Below are positions 1 to 13,774 of a stretch of DNA of 64,000 nt, one piece after another (the first letter of the stretch is position 1; the number at the start of each line of letters is the position of its first letter). The notes under the pieces were generated by a model, which did not search any database, was not told the DNA's origin, and was given only the letters and a program-made list of their open reading frames with translations. This DNA comes from Ylistrum balloti. Lineage: Eukaryota. Location of the stretch: NCBI RefSeq assembly GCF_031769215.1, contig NW_026782032.1, positions 434,001-498,000 of the forward strand, in the 5' to 3' direction. The position numbers were made by a program, and so were the translations under genes.

Positions 1-412
1 TTAGAAAAATTATTTATTTCCTACAATGATAAGTTTTGTTGTGTGGTTGAGGAGGTAGATATCTACATTGGTAAGTTTTACTGTGTGGTTGGGGTGGGGG
101 TAACATGGACATCTTTGCGAGAATCTCGAGAATCCCTCTATTCCTGGCAGATTGGCAAAAATGGTTGACTAGCTTATTTATAGGGGAGAGCTTGTTTACG
201 TAAAAATGCTGTTCTGCTTTTGGTATATATAGAACATACTGACTACTTATACATTTCACAAGTGAGAAAGTCTTCAGAAAAGATTTATACCTGTCTACAA
301 GTACAGTGATATAGGGTTGCCAGTCATTGGCAATGTAGGAGATTATTTACTCATAAATCATTTATGCTATTCGTAAAAAATATATTACCCTAAATAACCA
401 TCATTTGAAAAG

Positions 413-1111
413 CATTACAGTATCATATATCTGTACACACCTTTACATTACAATGTTATATACCTGTACACACCTTTACATTACAATGTTATATACCTGT
501 ACACACCTTTACATTACAATGTTGTATACCTGTACACACCTTTACATTACAGTATCGTATACCTGTACACACCTTTACATTACAGTATCATATATCTGTA
601 CACACCTTTACATTACAATGTTATATACCTGTACACATCTTTACATTACAATGTTATATACCTGTACACACCTTTACATTACAATGTTATATACCTGTAC
701 ACACCTTTATATTACAATGTTATATACCTGTACACACCTTTATATTACAATGTTGTATACTCTAACACACCTTTACATTACAATGTTATATACCTGTACA
801 CACCTTTACATTACATTGTTATATACCTGTACATACCTTTACATTACAATGTTGTATACCTGTACACACCTTTACATTACAATGTTATATACCTGTACAC
901 ACCTTTACATTACAATGTTGTATATTTACACACCTTTACATTACAATGTTGTATACCTGTACACACCTTTACATTACAATGTTATATACCTGTACACACC
1001 TTTACATTACAATGTTATATACCTGTACACACCTTTACATTACAATGTTATATACCTGTACACACCTTTACATTACAATGTTATATACCTGTACACACCT
1101 TTACATTACAG
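413..1111. repeat. 33-bp minisatellite (ACCTGTACACACCTTTACATTACAATGTTATAT), about 21 units; the last unit supplies the splice acceptor of the SLC6 exon
   Basis: Periodicity read directly; the array ends ...CTTTACATTACAG|GTGTATTG at 1111. Confidence 0.97.
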
Positions 1112-4100
1112 GTGTATTGTGCCTCATTAGTTGTATGATTGGTATCCTGTTCGTCCTTGGGAGTGGATCGTACTGGGTCGCCTTATTTGACTCCTATGCC
1201 GGTTCTTTCCCCTTGATTAGTGTGGCCCTAACAGAAGCAATTGCCATTGGCTGGGTTTACGGAGTCAACAGGTAAGTCAAAGGGTAATCGTTTAAATATC
1301 GGATGGAAATCTGTCAGACCAAGCAATTCAAGCTATTGTGTTCTTACTGACCAGTTTCTCCTCTGTAAATATCACTGATTGTAGTATCTTAATAGCAAAC
1401 TTGATCTAAACATCCTCATTCACATCATTAATGATCTGATCATCATTCAGTTTGAGACAAAATGGGGAGTTTGCAGACAATTTATTGGGATTGTTGAGTA
1501 ATATTAATGTTCCTAATTAAAGAAATGCCAAGTTATATCTTCAATGGCTTGGAATGTGCTTCAGTGTTAATATCGAGGTAAAAGGTACACCATTATTCTA
1601 GGAGGTTTAAGGTAAAACTCACATCATTACAATGTGTTTATAGGGTTTGAGGTAAAATGACACGTTTTCATTCTTTTTGCAGATTTGGAGATGACCTTGA
1701 GACAATGATTGGTCACCAGCCCCACATCTACTGGAAGATCGTATGGAAGTTCATTGCTCCGTTTCTGATCGCAGGGCTCCTTACTTCCACGCTCATCAGC
1801 AAGTTTGTCAAACCCATCACTTACAAGGCCTACGACAGGGAAATAGTAAGTCATTTTTATCCTTTCTATGCCTGATTTCATCCCAGAATACTGGTGTGCA
1901 GGCTGGTACAATAGATCCACAATAGGTGAGACACAAAGAAATATGTATATAATGAGTATGACACTCGTACAATGGACTGGACAAGAGATATGTTTACAAT
2001 GGGCAAGACACAGAGATATGTATTTAATGGGAGAGACACAGAGATATGTATTTAATGGGTGAGACACAGAGATATGTATTTAATGGGTGAGACACAGAGA
2101 TATGTATTTAATGGGTGAGACACAGAGATATGTTTACAATGGGCAAGACACAGAGATATGTTTACAATGGGCGAGACACAGAGATATGTTTACAATGGGC
2201 AAGACACAGAGATATATTTACAATGGGCAAGACACAGAGATATGTATACAATGGGTGAGACACACAGATATGTATTTAATGGGTGAGACACAGAGATATG
2301 TTTACAATGGGCAAGACACAGAGATATGTTTACAATGGACAAGACACAGAGATATGTATATGATGCCTGAGACGTTGAAATGAACATTTAGTGTGTTATG
2401 TATAATGCATTGGTGTGTAAACTTGGATGCAGACTTCATGAACATAAAAAGAGTACATTTAGTCCTAATATTTTGATTCATGTTACATATGACATGAACT
2501 GTTACCATATACATATATATAGTGGAATATATCAATAGTAAGACAGTACTTATCTTTACTTATCTGTGATAGACAAATGTAAGATATCTTATACTTTCTG
2601 ATTTTTATGTCTCTGCAGTTTTAGGGGATATGTAGACATATAGTGTTATTGTGTTGCCAACCTCTAGTTATCTAATATCTGGACATAGCACTTCAAAATC
2701 AAGGGTGACAGGACATTTTAAAGGGTTATCATATGTATTTAGATGATGTTCTATGTTATGTTTGTATTGTATAGCTATCACATCTGTATGTATTTATAGT
2801 TATCACATCTGTATGTATTGTATAGTTATCATGTCTGTATGTATTGTATAGTTATCACATCTGTATGTATTTTATAGTTATCACATCTGTATGTATTGTA
2901 TAGTTATCATGTCTGTATGTTTTGTATAGTTATCACATCTGTATGTATTGTATAGTTATCACATCTGTACGTATTGTATAGTTATCACATCTGTACGTAT
3001 TGTATAGTTATCACATCTGTGTATTGTGTAGTTATCACATCTGTATGTATTGTATAGTTATCACATCTGTATGTATTGTATCTCTGCAGTTATCACATCT
3101 GTATGTATTGTATAGTTATCACATCTGTATGTATTGTATAGTTATCACATCTGTATGTATTGTATAGTTATCACATCTGTATGTATTGTATAGTTATCAC
3201 ATCTGTATGTATTGTATAGTTATCACATCTGTATGTATTGTATAGTTATCACATCTGTATGTATTGTATAGTTATCACATCTGTATGTATTGTATAGTTA
3301 TCACATCTGTACGTATTGTATAGCTATCACATCTGTATGTATTGTATAGTTATCACATCTGTGTATTGTGTAGTTATCACATCTGTATGTATTGTATAGT
3401 TATCACATCTGTATGTATTGTATAGTTATCACATCTGTATGTATTGTATAGTTATCACATCTGTATGTATTGTATAGTTATCACATCTGTATGTATTGTA
3501 TAGTTATCACATCTGTATGTATTGTATAGTTATCACATCTGTATGTATTGTATAGTTATCACATCTGTATGTATTGTATAGTTATCACATCTGTATGTAT
3601 TGTATAGTTATCACATCTGTATGTATTGTATAGTTATCACATCTGTACGTATTGTATAGTTATCACATCTGTACGTATTGTATAGTTATCACATCTGTAT
3701 GTATTGTATAGTTATCACATCTGTATGTATTGTATAGTTATCACATCTGTATGTATTGTATAGTTATCACATCTGTATGTATTGTATAGTTATCACATCT
3801 GTATGTATTGTATAGTTATCACATCTGTATGTATTGTATAGTTATATCTGTATGTATTTAGATAATGCTCATTTTTATGTTTGAACAGTATTTTGACTTT
3901 AGTAGATCAAAACTTTACGTTGAAATTTCACAAACTGTTCAAAATTTAAGAAATATCAGGTGATTAGAATGTTATCCACAATTTAGTGGGTAACACAGTG
4001 TTACCTGTATCCTTTCATCCTTACTCATCTGGTGTTGTTCCTAATATATGTCAAATCTTCAGAACTTTTCAAGAGATTTCATTCATATTAACCATATACA

Positions 4101-4536
4101 TTTATTAACATAACAGTTCTACACCTGAGGTGGCCATCGGTCAAGGTTAAAGGTCGGCACACTGTAATTTGATTGGTTTATATCCTTGTATTACACTTAC
4201 ATCTACTGTTTACAGGCAGAAATGACGGACAGATTCTATCCATGGTTTGCTGGGCTTATGGCTGCCTTCCTGGTCCTTGTGTCAGTCCTCTGTATTCCTG
4301 GCGTGGCAATTCTACGGAAATTGGGCATTCTACGATACAAGGATTATGCTAAAGGCGCTCAGGCACAAACAGGTGGTCACACCACCTCTACCGTAGCTTT
4401 CATGAGAACAGCTGCTGAAGATAATGACTCCGGACATAATTCTGATGAAATCAATGAAGATCAGGATCGTGGAACGAGCTGTGCTGTGATCGATGAGCAT
4501 GTAACATTTGGATTAGGGACAGACAAAGATGTTTAA
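1112..4536 (+). CDS. SLC6A19-like: 3' part (last 3 coding exons) of an SLC6 Na+-dependent neutral amino-acid transporter, B0AT/SIT1 (SLC6A15-20) type; 5' exons lie upstream of the window
   Basis: Exons 1112-1271, 1683-1845 and 4216-4536 have AG/GT boundaries and compatible phases. They give GVLCLISCMIGILFVLGSGSYWVALFDSYAGSFPLISVALTEAIAIGWVYGVNRFGDDLETMIGHQPHIYWKIVWKFIAP...FYPWFAGLMAAFLVLVSVLCIPG...KDV*. This matches the late TM helices of SLC6A19-type proteins as recalled (SGxYWxxLxDSYAGS, VYGxxRF, MIGHxP). The exact paralogue cannot be assigned. Confidence 0.93.
1925..2360. repeat. 28-bp intronic minisatellite with two unit variants (GAGACACAGAGATATGTATTTAATGGGT / CAAGACACAGAGATATGTTTACAATGGG)
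   Basis: 28-nt period, e.g. GAGACACAGA at 2061 and 2089. Confidence 0.95.
2770..3856. repeat. 26-bp intronic minisatellite (TATAGTTATCACATCTGTATGTATTG), about 41 near-identical units
   Basis: 26-nt period, e.g. ACATCTGTAT at 3121 and 3147. Confidence 0.97.
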
Positions 4537-5574
4537 AAGAAAACAATAATTTTCATTAACAAAGATATTTTAATGAAGATGTTGTCTTCATTCAACTCTC
4601 AATTTGCCTTTAAAATCTCACTGGCTTGAATTGATTATGAATGTATCAGAGGGTTACTTCTAATGCTCTCATTGGTAGACCCATCAACTGACGAACAAAA
4701 TTTATCAGATTAAAATTTTTGTTTATAACCTGATAAGCCCCCTCCCCCTGATGATCTCCTGTCAAAACTAAACATCACAACCCCTCACCATGGCTTGCCA
4801 TCTTGAAGAAATACTTAATTGATATGGTAATTTCATGCCCTACCACAATGGGATATGTATATAATATATATATATACTGTAACCTTTTTATATAGACTTC
4901 GGGGAGGTTGTGAATTTTTTGGGTTTTTTTTCAAATTATAGGGTGCTTTTGTGGTAAAACGTAGTGGGATACTGTCTTAATGTACAAAGAAAAAACATAG
5001 AGAATCATTTGTCTTGATAGTGTTATGAGAAAATCCTGAAAATTTTTCAATGTCTGCTATTTACTTATTTTAACTGCTCGTGAAATGTTTTGTTAAGTTT
5101 GCTTAATTCTTTTTAACTTCATGAAGAGAACTATATCTACTGTTTCCTCCCCCTTAAGACCATGTCACTAGTCCACACACCCTGGTATAAGAAAGCAGGA
5201 TAGGACCAGTGCAAGGTGTAAAACCATTTTTTCCCTCATGCAATAGAAATTGACAATATATTTTTAGGAGGAAGGGAGATAACTCTAAAATTTTAAAAGT
5301 AGGGCTTAATTGGCTTGTCTTTCTGTGACACTGGCAAATGCAGCTTTTGATTATTTACTTGCAAGTACATATCTATCAGTCAGATTTTTTTCAGTTAGTG
5401 CTTCAAAACTCATTTTCAGGTTTGAAAAAATTGCCTAAATAGAAATTATTTTTTGACTTGTCATAGAGTTGCTTTTTAATTTTTTTTTGACAATTGTAAC
5501 ATAACTGAATCCTTGATGTCTTTCATTGTCACATTGTTTTTTTCATTGTTGTGATTTCTTGTTTGTTTAATCAT

Positions 5575-5945
5575 CAAATTCCATAGATTAACTTGGATTC
5601 AATTTCCATGGATTAACTTTTATTTAAATTTCATTGATTGACTTTGATTCAAATTCAGTGGATTGACTCAGCTTCAAATCCCATTGATTGACTCAGATTC
5701 AAATTTCATTGATTGACTCAGATTCAATTTTTATTGATTGACTTGGATTCAAATTCTAGGATTGACTTGGATTCAAATCCCATTGATTGACTCAGATTCA
5801 AATTTCATTGATTGACTTGGATTGAAATTCCATCGATTGACTGAATTCAAATCCCATGGATTGACTTGGATTCAATTTTCATTGATTGACTTTGATTCAA
5901 ATTTCATTGATTGACTTGGATTCAAATTCTATTCATTGACGTGGA
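5575..5945. repeat. Diverged 25-bp minisatellite (ATTGATTGACTYRGATTCAAATTTC)
   Basis: About 14 degenerate units read directly. Confidence 0.9.
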
Positions 5946-6177
5946 TTACGTTTTAATCAATGCAATGTTTAGTTGACTTATTGATCTAATTCTGTGACCA
6001 TCTTTAGTCATACAGGTGTGAGATTGTTGTTGAAATAAGAAAATTAATTTTATTTTCATATTACCAGTAATTCTACCTGTAAGAAAGTATGAAATACTGG
6101 CAAAAGTGAATTCAGTGGTGAAAGTGCTATTGTGTGTGTGTTACTGTAATTATATGTTGTGTTGTTATCACTGCTGG

Positions 6178-6898
6178 TTGTACATGTCTAGTACATGTTG
6201 TATGTGCAAGGTACATCATATACATGTCTGGTCCATGTTTTACAGGCCTGGTACAAGTTGGAAATACCAGGTACGTGTCGTACATGCCAGGTGCGTGTCG
6301 TACATGTCAGGTATGTGTTGTACATGCCGGGTACGTGTTGTACATGCAGGGTACGTGTTGTACATGCCGGGTACGTGTTGTACATGTCGGGTACGTGTTG
6401 TACATGCCGGATAAGTGTTGTACATGCCGGGTATGTGTTGTACATGTCGGGTACGTGTTGTACATGCCGGGTACGTGTTGTACATGCAGGGTACGTGTTG
6501 TACATGCCAGGTAAGTGTTGTACATGCCGCGTACCTGTTGTACATGCCGGGTACGTGTTGTACATGCGGGCTACGTGTTGTACATGCCGGGTACGTGTTG
6601 TACATGCGGGGTACATGTTGTACATGCCGGGTATGAGTTGTACATGCGGGGTACGTGTTGTACATGCCGGGTATGAGTTGTACATGTCGGGTACGTGTTG
6701 TACATGCTGGGAACGTGTTGTACATGCCGGGTACGTGTTGTACATGCGGGCTACGTGTTGTACATGCCGGGTACGTGTTGTACATGCGGGGTACATGTTG
6801 TACATGCCGGGTATGAGTTGTACATGCGGGGTACGTGTTGTACATGCCGGGTATGAGTTGTACATGTCGGGTACGTGTTGTACATGCTGGGTACGTGT
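6178..6898. repeat. 20-bp CpG-rich minisatellite (GTACGTGTTGTACATGCCGG) with a 180-bp higher-order duplication
   Basis: 20-nt period; 6541-6720 is almost identical to 6721-6898. Confidence 0.97.
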
Positions 6899-8344
6899 CA
6901 GTTGCAGCGTAATTTCTGTTTGATTGAGATTTTATCAACCATTGATTTAAATATTTTTTTAAAGATTTAAACTATTTTATGGGGACATTTTTATGCCGAA
7001 GAATCTCGTGCTACACATTTTACTGACATTTTATGATAGTTTAATTTTACATTTGTCTGACCTCTTAGTAGATTAAGATGCAGTTATGATAAAAAGTCAG
7101 AATGTTTTGTAAGTGCTACTGATGTGATAGCTTATTAAGATTGCTACACATTACCAGGATTATACCTCATCATTTACCAGGGTAATTGTGCCTCTTTTGA
7201 GTTCTGAAGTAAATGTCTAACACATCTAACAAAATAACACGGACTTAATTAACAGCTTGTAATTCAGATGTTGCTCTTTTTCTGTTTCAAGAGATTATTT
7301 GATGTAAATTGTACATAACTCTTAATAGGGCACCTGTTTAAGAGAAAGATGATGGCGTTTTGTGAGAACACTTTCTGTCTTGTAGAGAATCAGAAGTTAT
7401 AAAGCCATCAACATTTATCACTGTCTGATGTATGATCACCCTTACCCTCAAAATCCATATTACAATGTACAGTAGCTGTTCTTAAAATCACATTAAAGTA
7501 AAAACTGTCCAAGTGTCAAGTTACTTTGATAAAGGAAGGAGGAAGAATATTTAATTAAAGGGAAGACAAGAAATATATGCAAACTTTAAAAAAAAATTTT
7601 AAAATGCATTTTGGAGTAATTTAACAACAGTATGCTACTGTACACACTGAAAAGTGAAAATAGAATGGACAAACACTAATATGTTAGCTTGATTAAAAAA
7701 AAATGAAAAAGAAATGTTGACACGAAACATAACCGATATTATCAATTGAATATGTAAATTCAAGAAACAGAATCTCAGCTTGATTTTACATCCAATTTCA
7801 GCTCTGTATTTCTTCAGTATTTCCTTGTAACTGTCTGATGTAAACTTATATTTGTGAAGAGGTTGAATGATCTCATTTGCTTGTATTTTGACGTCTATGA
7901 ATCTCATTTACATTTATCAAGATCTATAATTGTATCGGTCTATGAAATGCTTTCAGCTGTCTTAGCTTATTTGTGTAATGGAGTCAAAGTTAAATGTACA
8001 AATGTTGAAAATAATTGAACATATTAAATTTGGATAAATGTGGGAAACTTGGTCACATATATTTCATTTAAATAAAAAAATTTATGGCACCTATGGAAAG
8101 ATAAGAAAATAAGAAAAGTAGGATATTTCCCTTGCAGTGATGTTTACATCTGATAAAAGTTATGACCTGGTGTAATGATCAGCTCTAAACATAGAAGTTA
8201 GTTAGGGTTTTGACTATCTATGTCCAGGAGATACTGATCACCCATAAACAAAACATAGAAACCTATAGAAGATCCTTCTGAACTATACATTGTTATCACT
8301 TATCAAAATTTGTGATAATAGCACCATATGGTAAGCATTGATTA

Positions 8345-8941
8345 ATGGTGATCAGCCCTGATAGCACTAACTATATGGTAAGCTCTGATTTTATGGCTGT
8401 TATCAGCCCTGATAACACTAACTATATGGTAAGGTCTGATTTTATGGCTGTTATCAGCCCTGATAACACTAACTGTATGGTAAGGTCTGATTTTATGGCT
8501 GTTATCAGCCCTAATAACACTAACTATATGGTAAGGTCTGATTTTATGGCTGTTATCAGCCCTAATAACACTAACTATATGGTAAGGTCTGATTTTATGG
8601 CTGTTATCAGCCCTGATAACACTAACTATATGGTAAGCTCTGATTTTATGGCTGTTATCAGCCCTGATAACACTAACTATATGGTAAGGTCTGATTTTAT
8701 GGCTGTTATCAGCCCTGATAACACTAACTATATGGTAAGCTCTGATTTTATGGCTGTTATCAGCCCTAATAACACTAACTATATGGTAAGGTCTGATTTT
8801 ATGGCTGTTATCAGCCCTGATAACACTAACTATATGGTAAGGTCTGATTTTATGGCTGTTATCAGCCCTGATAACACTAACTATATGGTAAGCTCTGATT
8901 TTATGGCTGTTATCAGCCCTAATAACACTAACTGTATGGTA
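8345..8941. repeat. 51-bp minisatellite; nearly every unit contains the hairpin TGTTATCAG-CC-CTGATAACA
   Basis: TATCAGCCC at 8401 and 8452; about 11.7 units; explains the 17-aa repeat ORF. Confidence 0.96.
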
Positions 8942-10305
8942 AATATTACTCCATGGTGCTTTCTAGTATAACTTCTTGTTGTCGTCACCACAATTTCTAT
9001 TTTTTTTTCGCAAGGCAGCTATTCTGAACAATGTGATACAGCCAAATATTGCAATTATTTAATTAATTGGTTCATTAGTTATTTACATTATGAAGCTGTT
9101 GATTAAGGATGCAAGCTAAAAATTGTATCATTTTTCCTATCTCTGATCTTTTATGTGCCGGCAGCCATTTACAGGCGAGACTACATGTCCGTCCATGCTG
9201 TACAATTCACACTTAAATGAAAGTTAAGTTCGAAGCTCAATATTTGTTTCATTTTTAAAGCTAAAGGTCATTTTAAGACAAAAGCGCAGGATACTGATTA
9301 ATTTGTTACAATCGTTGTTAATGTCCAGCAGAAATTCAATTCATACAACTTGTGATTTCAGATAAAAATCAATTTTTTATCTAATATCCAATTAGCATGG
9401 TTAATTACAAACCACTTAAATTGGATTTCATATTTCTAATTGTATGAAATTTAGTCAGAGGAAACTTGACACATAGAGGTGTTGTTTGGGGGGGCTCATT
9501 GCTGTATGTTGTATATAAAAATCATTATATGTACGTTCTTTTTATCTTGTGAATGTTTGAATGACAGGGTATGACTAAAAAGCTTGTCAGATTGTGGACT
9601 TCATGGTCTGACATTTTGATTATGAGTGAAATCTTATGACGGGAAATAATGAAAATTTAATATGTTTAAAATATATAATTGAAACGAGCATGGATCCTGT
9701 GCAGATGTAGAAATACCTGCAGGAAAAATGGTGTTTGATACATTCTGTAGAGTGACAGGCTGATTTAGTGTAAAGAAACATGAAATTTGGGAGTTTGCAC
9801 ACTTTAAATAAGTGTATGTTTATCTTCAAAATATGTATATGTGTACAGGAATGTATAATTATATATGTCCCTAATGTGTATTACTGGTATGTGTAAAAAT
9901 AATTATAAACTTATTACAAGGGCGAATGAGAAGAAGAGAAAAAAGATGGTATTCATTTATACTGATATTACTGAAATTTTATATGCAATTTTTGGTTGAA
10001 AATTATTGAAGTGGTAACACAAAAAAGAGGCAATTTATCTGAGCTTTATTCAGTGTTCAATGTTTTTGAAAGTACTTAAAAGAGGAGCATAACTACTGAA
10101 ATATTGTATTGTATTTGTCTTACAATGAGTTGTGGGGTGAAACGCATTTCTTAGATTAGGGGAGGGCTTATTACAAGACAAAGCTTGGGTTAATAAGTTT
10201 ACTAAATAATTATATACATGAGTGGTCTTATTATCAGGCATGGGCTTTTTGGCGAAATATGTGTGAGTGCTTCATGTGTAAGAGGCAGTGCATATACAGT
10301 GATGA

Positions 10306-10490
10306 AGTAATGAAAGATTAACTGGTTAATTTTAATGGAGTAATGAAAGATTAACTAGCTAATTTTAATGGAGTAATGAAAGATTAATTGGTCAATTTTA
10401 ATGGATTAATGAAAGATTAACTAGTTAATTTTAATGAAGTAATGAAATATTAACTGGTTGGTTAATTTTGATGAAGTGATGAAAGATAAA
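10306..10490. repeat. 33-bp minisatellite (TGAAAGATTAACTRGTTAATTTTAATGGAGTAA), about 5 units, palindromic core
   Basis: TGAAAGA at 10311, 10344 and 10377. Confidence 0.9.
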
Positions 10491-12429
10491 CTAAGATTTA
10501 ATTAAAACTTCTTATATGTAAAATATGATGTTTCTGACCATGTCTTATATCTTAAGTGTCTGTAAAATATTTGTCTTCTCCCTCTGGGACAACAACTTAC
10601 ATTTGAACATGTATTTATATATATCATAAAATATTATAAAAGAACATATATATTGTAATCATTTTAAAGCAGTTTTTCACCTTTTAAAGTAACTTTTGTG
10701 TTTTGATCACAACTATAATATAGGTTAAAGGATGTGTGTAACAATAGATGTTGATTTTTGTTGCTGTTTGTTCGCTGTCTAACGGAAAATTCAGCGAAGG
10801 TCAAGGCCTTGTTTTCTGAAGTACTGATTAGTCACTCACTGTACATATGATTCTGTTTCAGTCCTGGTATAAAGACTGACTGACTGACATAAATAATTTT
10901 GGTGGTGGTGTAGTTATATAAATATATACTATTATTGAGTTCTGTCCACCAACATATCCTCATCTTGTATGAACCCTATAGAGATTTCTGTGTTTTAAAA
11001 TCAGTCAGAATATTGATTGTTAAGATATACCTAGACATTACATCATATTTGAACTTTCATTATTATGTTGACCTCTAATACTATACATTATTATGATATT
11101 CATCGTTTTGTCTTTGAAGACTCTCCATATTAGGTCTACTTGAGGTCCGTGTTAATCTGTTGCCCCTAACCTTGAGATTTCTGGTTTGCCAACTTTGGCG
11201 GTCATTTCTGAATCCATTTCGTTATTTCATGTCTTGATGAACAACTTTGACACATGATTCCAGTTTAAATACACTGTGATCTGATATTGACAGATTTGTT
11301 TTAATTTGAAGTTATGTGGGTATGTGACTGTTCTGTGACCATGATGTGACTCGTGTGACCTAATGCCATCATATTGTGACCTTAGAGTAAGATCTTACTG
11401 TGTGACCTTTCGTTTCACCTTTCTCTAACCTCACAGTTAAGTTAGAGTGGACCTAGTCATGTGTCTAGGTTAACCACTAAATGTAAATTAAATTAATTAA
11501 AGTGTGATTTTGTGTATCTTATACCCCACCTCTTAATCACTTTGATAGTGCAGACATCTTACCTAAATCTATACACTACATCTCATGAAACCCTCAAGAT
11601 CGCTGACACCTTGCTGTGGCAACATCAAGTTGTACACCAAATAAAAGAATTTGATAGTTACTGTCACAAACATACAAGTTAAAGGTTACACTTGACCAGT
11701 TATAGGGTAAATTTGATGTAAATTTTGAGGGGTGGAGGTATATTTAGACGTTAATTTCAAGTTATTTGAGAATATCTAATATTGATTTTGACAGGTGGGG
11801 TATATCTTGTATGTATGTGAGCCTGTGCTCATTTGATAACCCGGGTATGTTTGTTATCAATTTGTTATGTTAAGATGTCTGTGATTGTATTTTTCATGAA
11901 AACTAAATTGATGCTTTGATTTTTTTTTTTTCATTTTCCAACAATATCTTTCTCTGGAAGAAAATCCTATGACCAGATTTTTTATCTGCTTGGTTAAAAC
12001 CAGTAATTGAAATAACTGATGAAATAACACATTTTGAAGATAATTGTATCGGTTGTTCATCTGTTCAAAAGTAGTCTGTTTTTAGTTTTCACATCAAAAT
12101 GTTATATACTTTTAAGTTCCACATCTGTTTCTGTTGTATCCATCGTCTTTTGTAGTCAACCTTACTCCTATCTCATGTTTTATCCATATTTTTCTGTTGT
12201 CCACAAATATTTCAACAAACACTTCATAAACAGGCATTTCTGTAGGACTGTACTATATTTTATTGTTTCAGTTAAACACAATTCTTACAATAAATATAAA
12301 TAGTTCTACAACCATTGCTGAATACAATGTAGTTTTACAGTATCTGTTATAGGAGTAATACATCATTGTCTTAGGAGCTTGAATACATTGTTTAACAGTT
12401 ACTGTTGTATACAATGTGTATTTCTGTAG

Positions 12430-13170
12430 TTAACCAGTAACAACGTAGTTTTACTGTAATTGGGAAATACATTAACTGGTAAATAAAATGTAGTTTTACA
12501 GTAACTGGTAAATACAATGTAGTTTTACTGTAACCGGTAAATACAATGTTATTTTACAGTAACTGGTAAATACAATGTAGTTTTACAGTAACTGGTAAAT
12601 ACAATGTAGTTTTACAGTAACTGGTAAATGCAATGTTATTTTACAGTAACTGGTAAATACAATGTTATTTTACAGTAACTGGTAAATACAATGTAGTTTT
12701 ACAGTAACTGGTAAATGCAATGTAGTTTTACAGTAACTGGTAAATTCAATGTTATTTTACAGTAACTGGTAAATACAATGTAGTTTTACAATGTTATTTT
12801 ACAGTAACTGGTAAATACAATGTAGTTTTACAGTAACTGGTAAATACAATGTAATTTTACAGTAACTGGTAAATACGATGTTATTTTACAGTAACTGGTA
12901 AATACAATGTGGTTTTACAGTAACTGGTAAATACAATGTAGTTTTACAGTAACTGGTAAATACAATGTAGTTTTACAGTAACTGGTAAATACAATGTAGA
13001 TTTACAGTAACTGGTAAATACAATGTAGTTTTACAGTAACTGGTAAATACAATGTAGTTTTACAGTAACTGGTAAATGCAATGTATTTTTGAATTACTAG
13101 TAAATATACAATGTAGTTTTACAGTCACTTGTACATACACAATGTACAGTGACAGTTAATACAATGTAGA
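12430..13170. repeat. 29-bp minisatellite (ACAGTAACTGGTAAATACAATGTAGTTTT)
   Basis: ATACAATG at 12541 and 12570; degenerate edges. Confidence 0.95.
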
Positions 13171-13774
13171 TTAATGGTAACTCTATTTTACACATCACAA
13201 TTTCACAGAAACATAATTACATTGTATTTGTTAGAGAATTACATGGAATATCTTTGTACAGAATAATGTATTAGTATGATTTGATTTTGTTGAGTGTTTT
13301 TTTCTTGTATTTGTGTGTTTGTTGGCGATCACAAGATGTTTCCTTCAGTTGTTAAACAGACTTGGATGTGGAAGGTTACAAATCTATGCAATTTTGACAA
13401 CAAGTTGTATTTGACTTCTTATTGAGGTTTATAAATCATGTTTAAAAACACATTAGTTAAGTTTACTTACACAAGACCTTTTGGTAGACAAGGTCTAGAA
13501 ATCTACAAATCTTTTTGCTTTCCAACACACTTGTGCTGAGAGCTGTGTGAGCTTGTGTTGAATGCTCGTGTTTTCTTATTGTGAATATGGAGTGTAAACT
13601 TCACTTAAGTCATGTGCTTGTTGTCTTATCATATACTGTATATATTGTATATAGCGAGGCTCACATGCACTGCATCAGGTGAACTGCGTGTTCACTTCCC
13701 AAGTGAGCACATTTTTTAAGCATTGAGAGTGAGCTGTATCATTTTGATCATGTTATTTTGAATGCTTATTATTT

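Noticed and set aside
1112-4536. SLC6 gene as part of the human 16q synteny (SLC6A2)
   Set aside because: The peptide resembles B0AT/SIT1-type transporters rather than the noradrenaline transporter.
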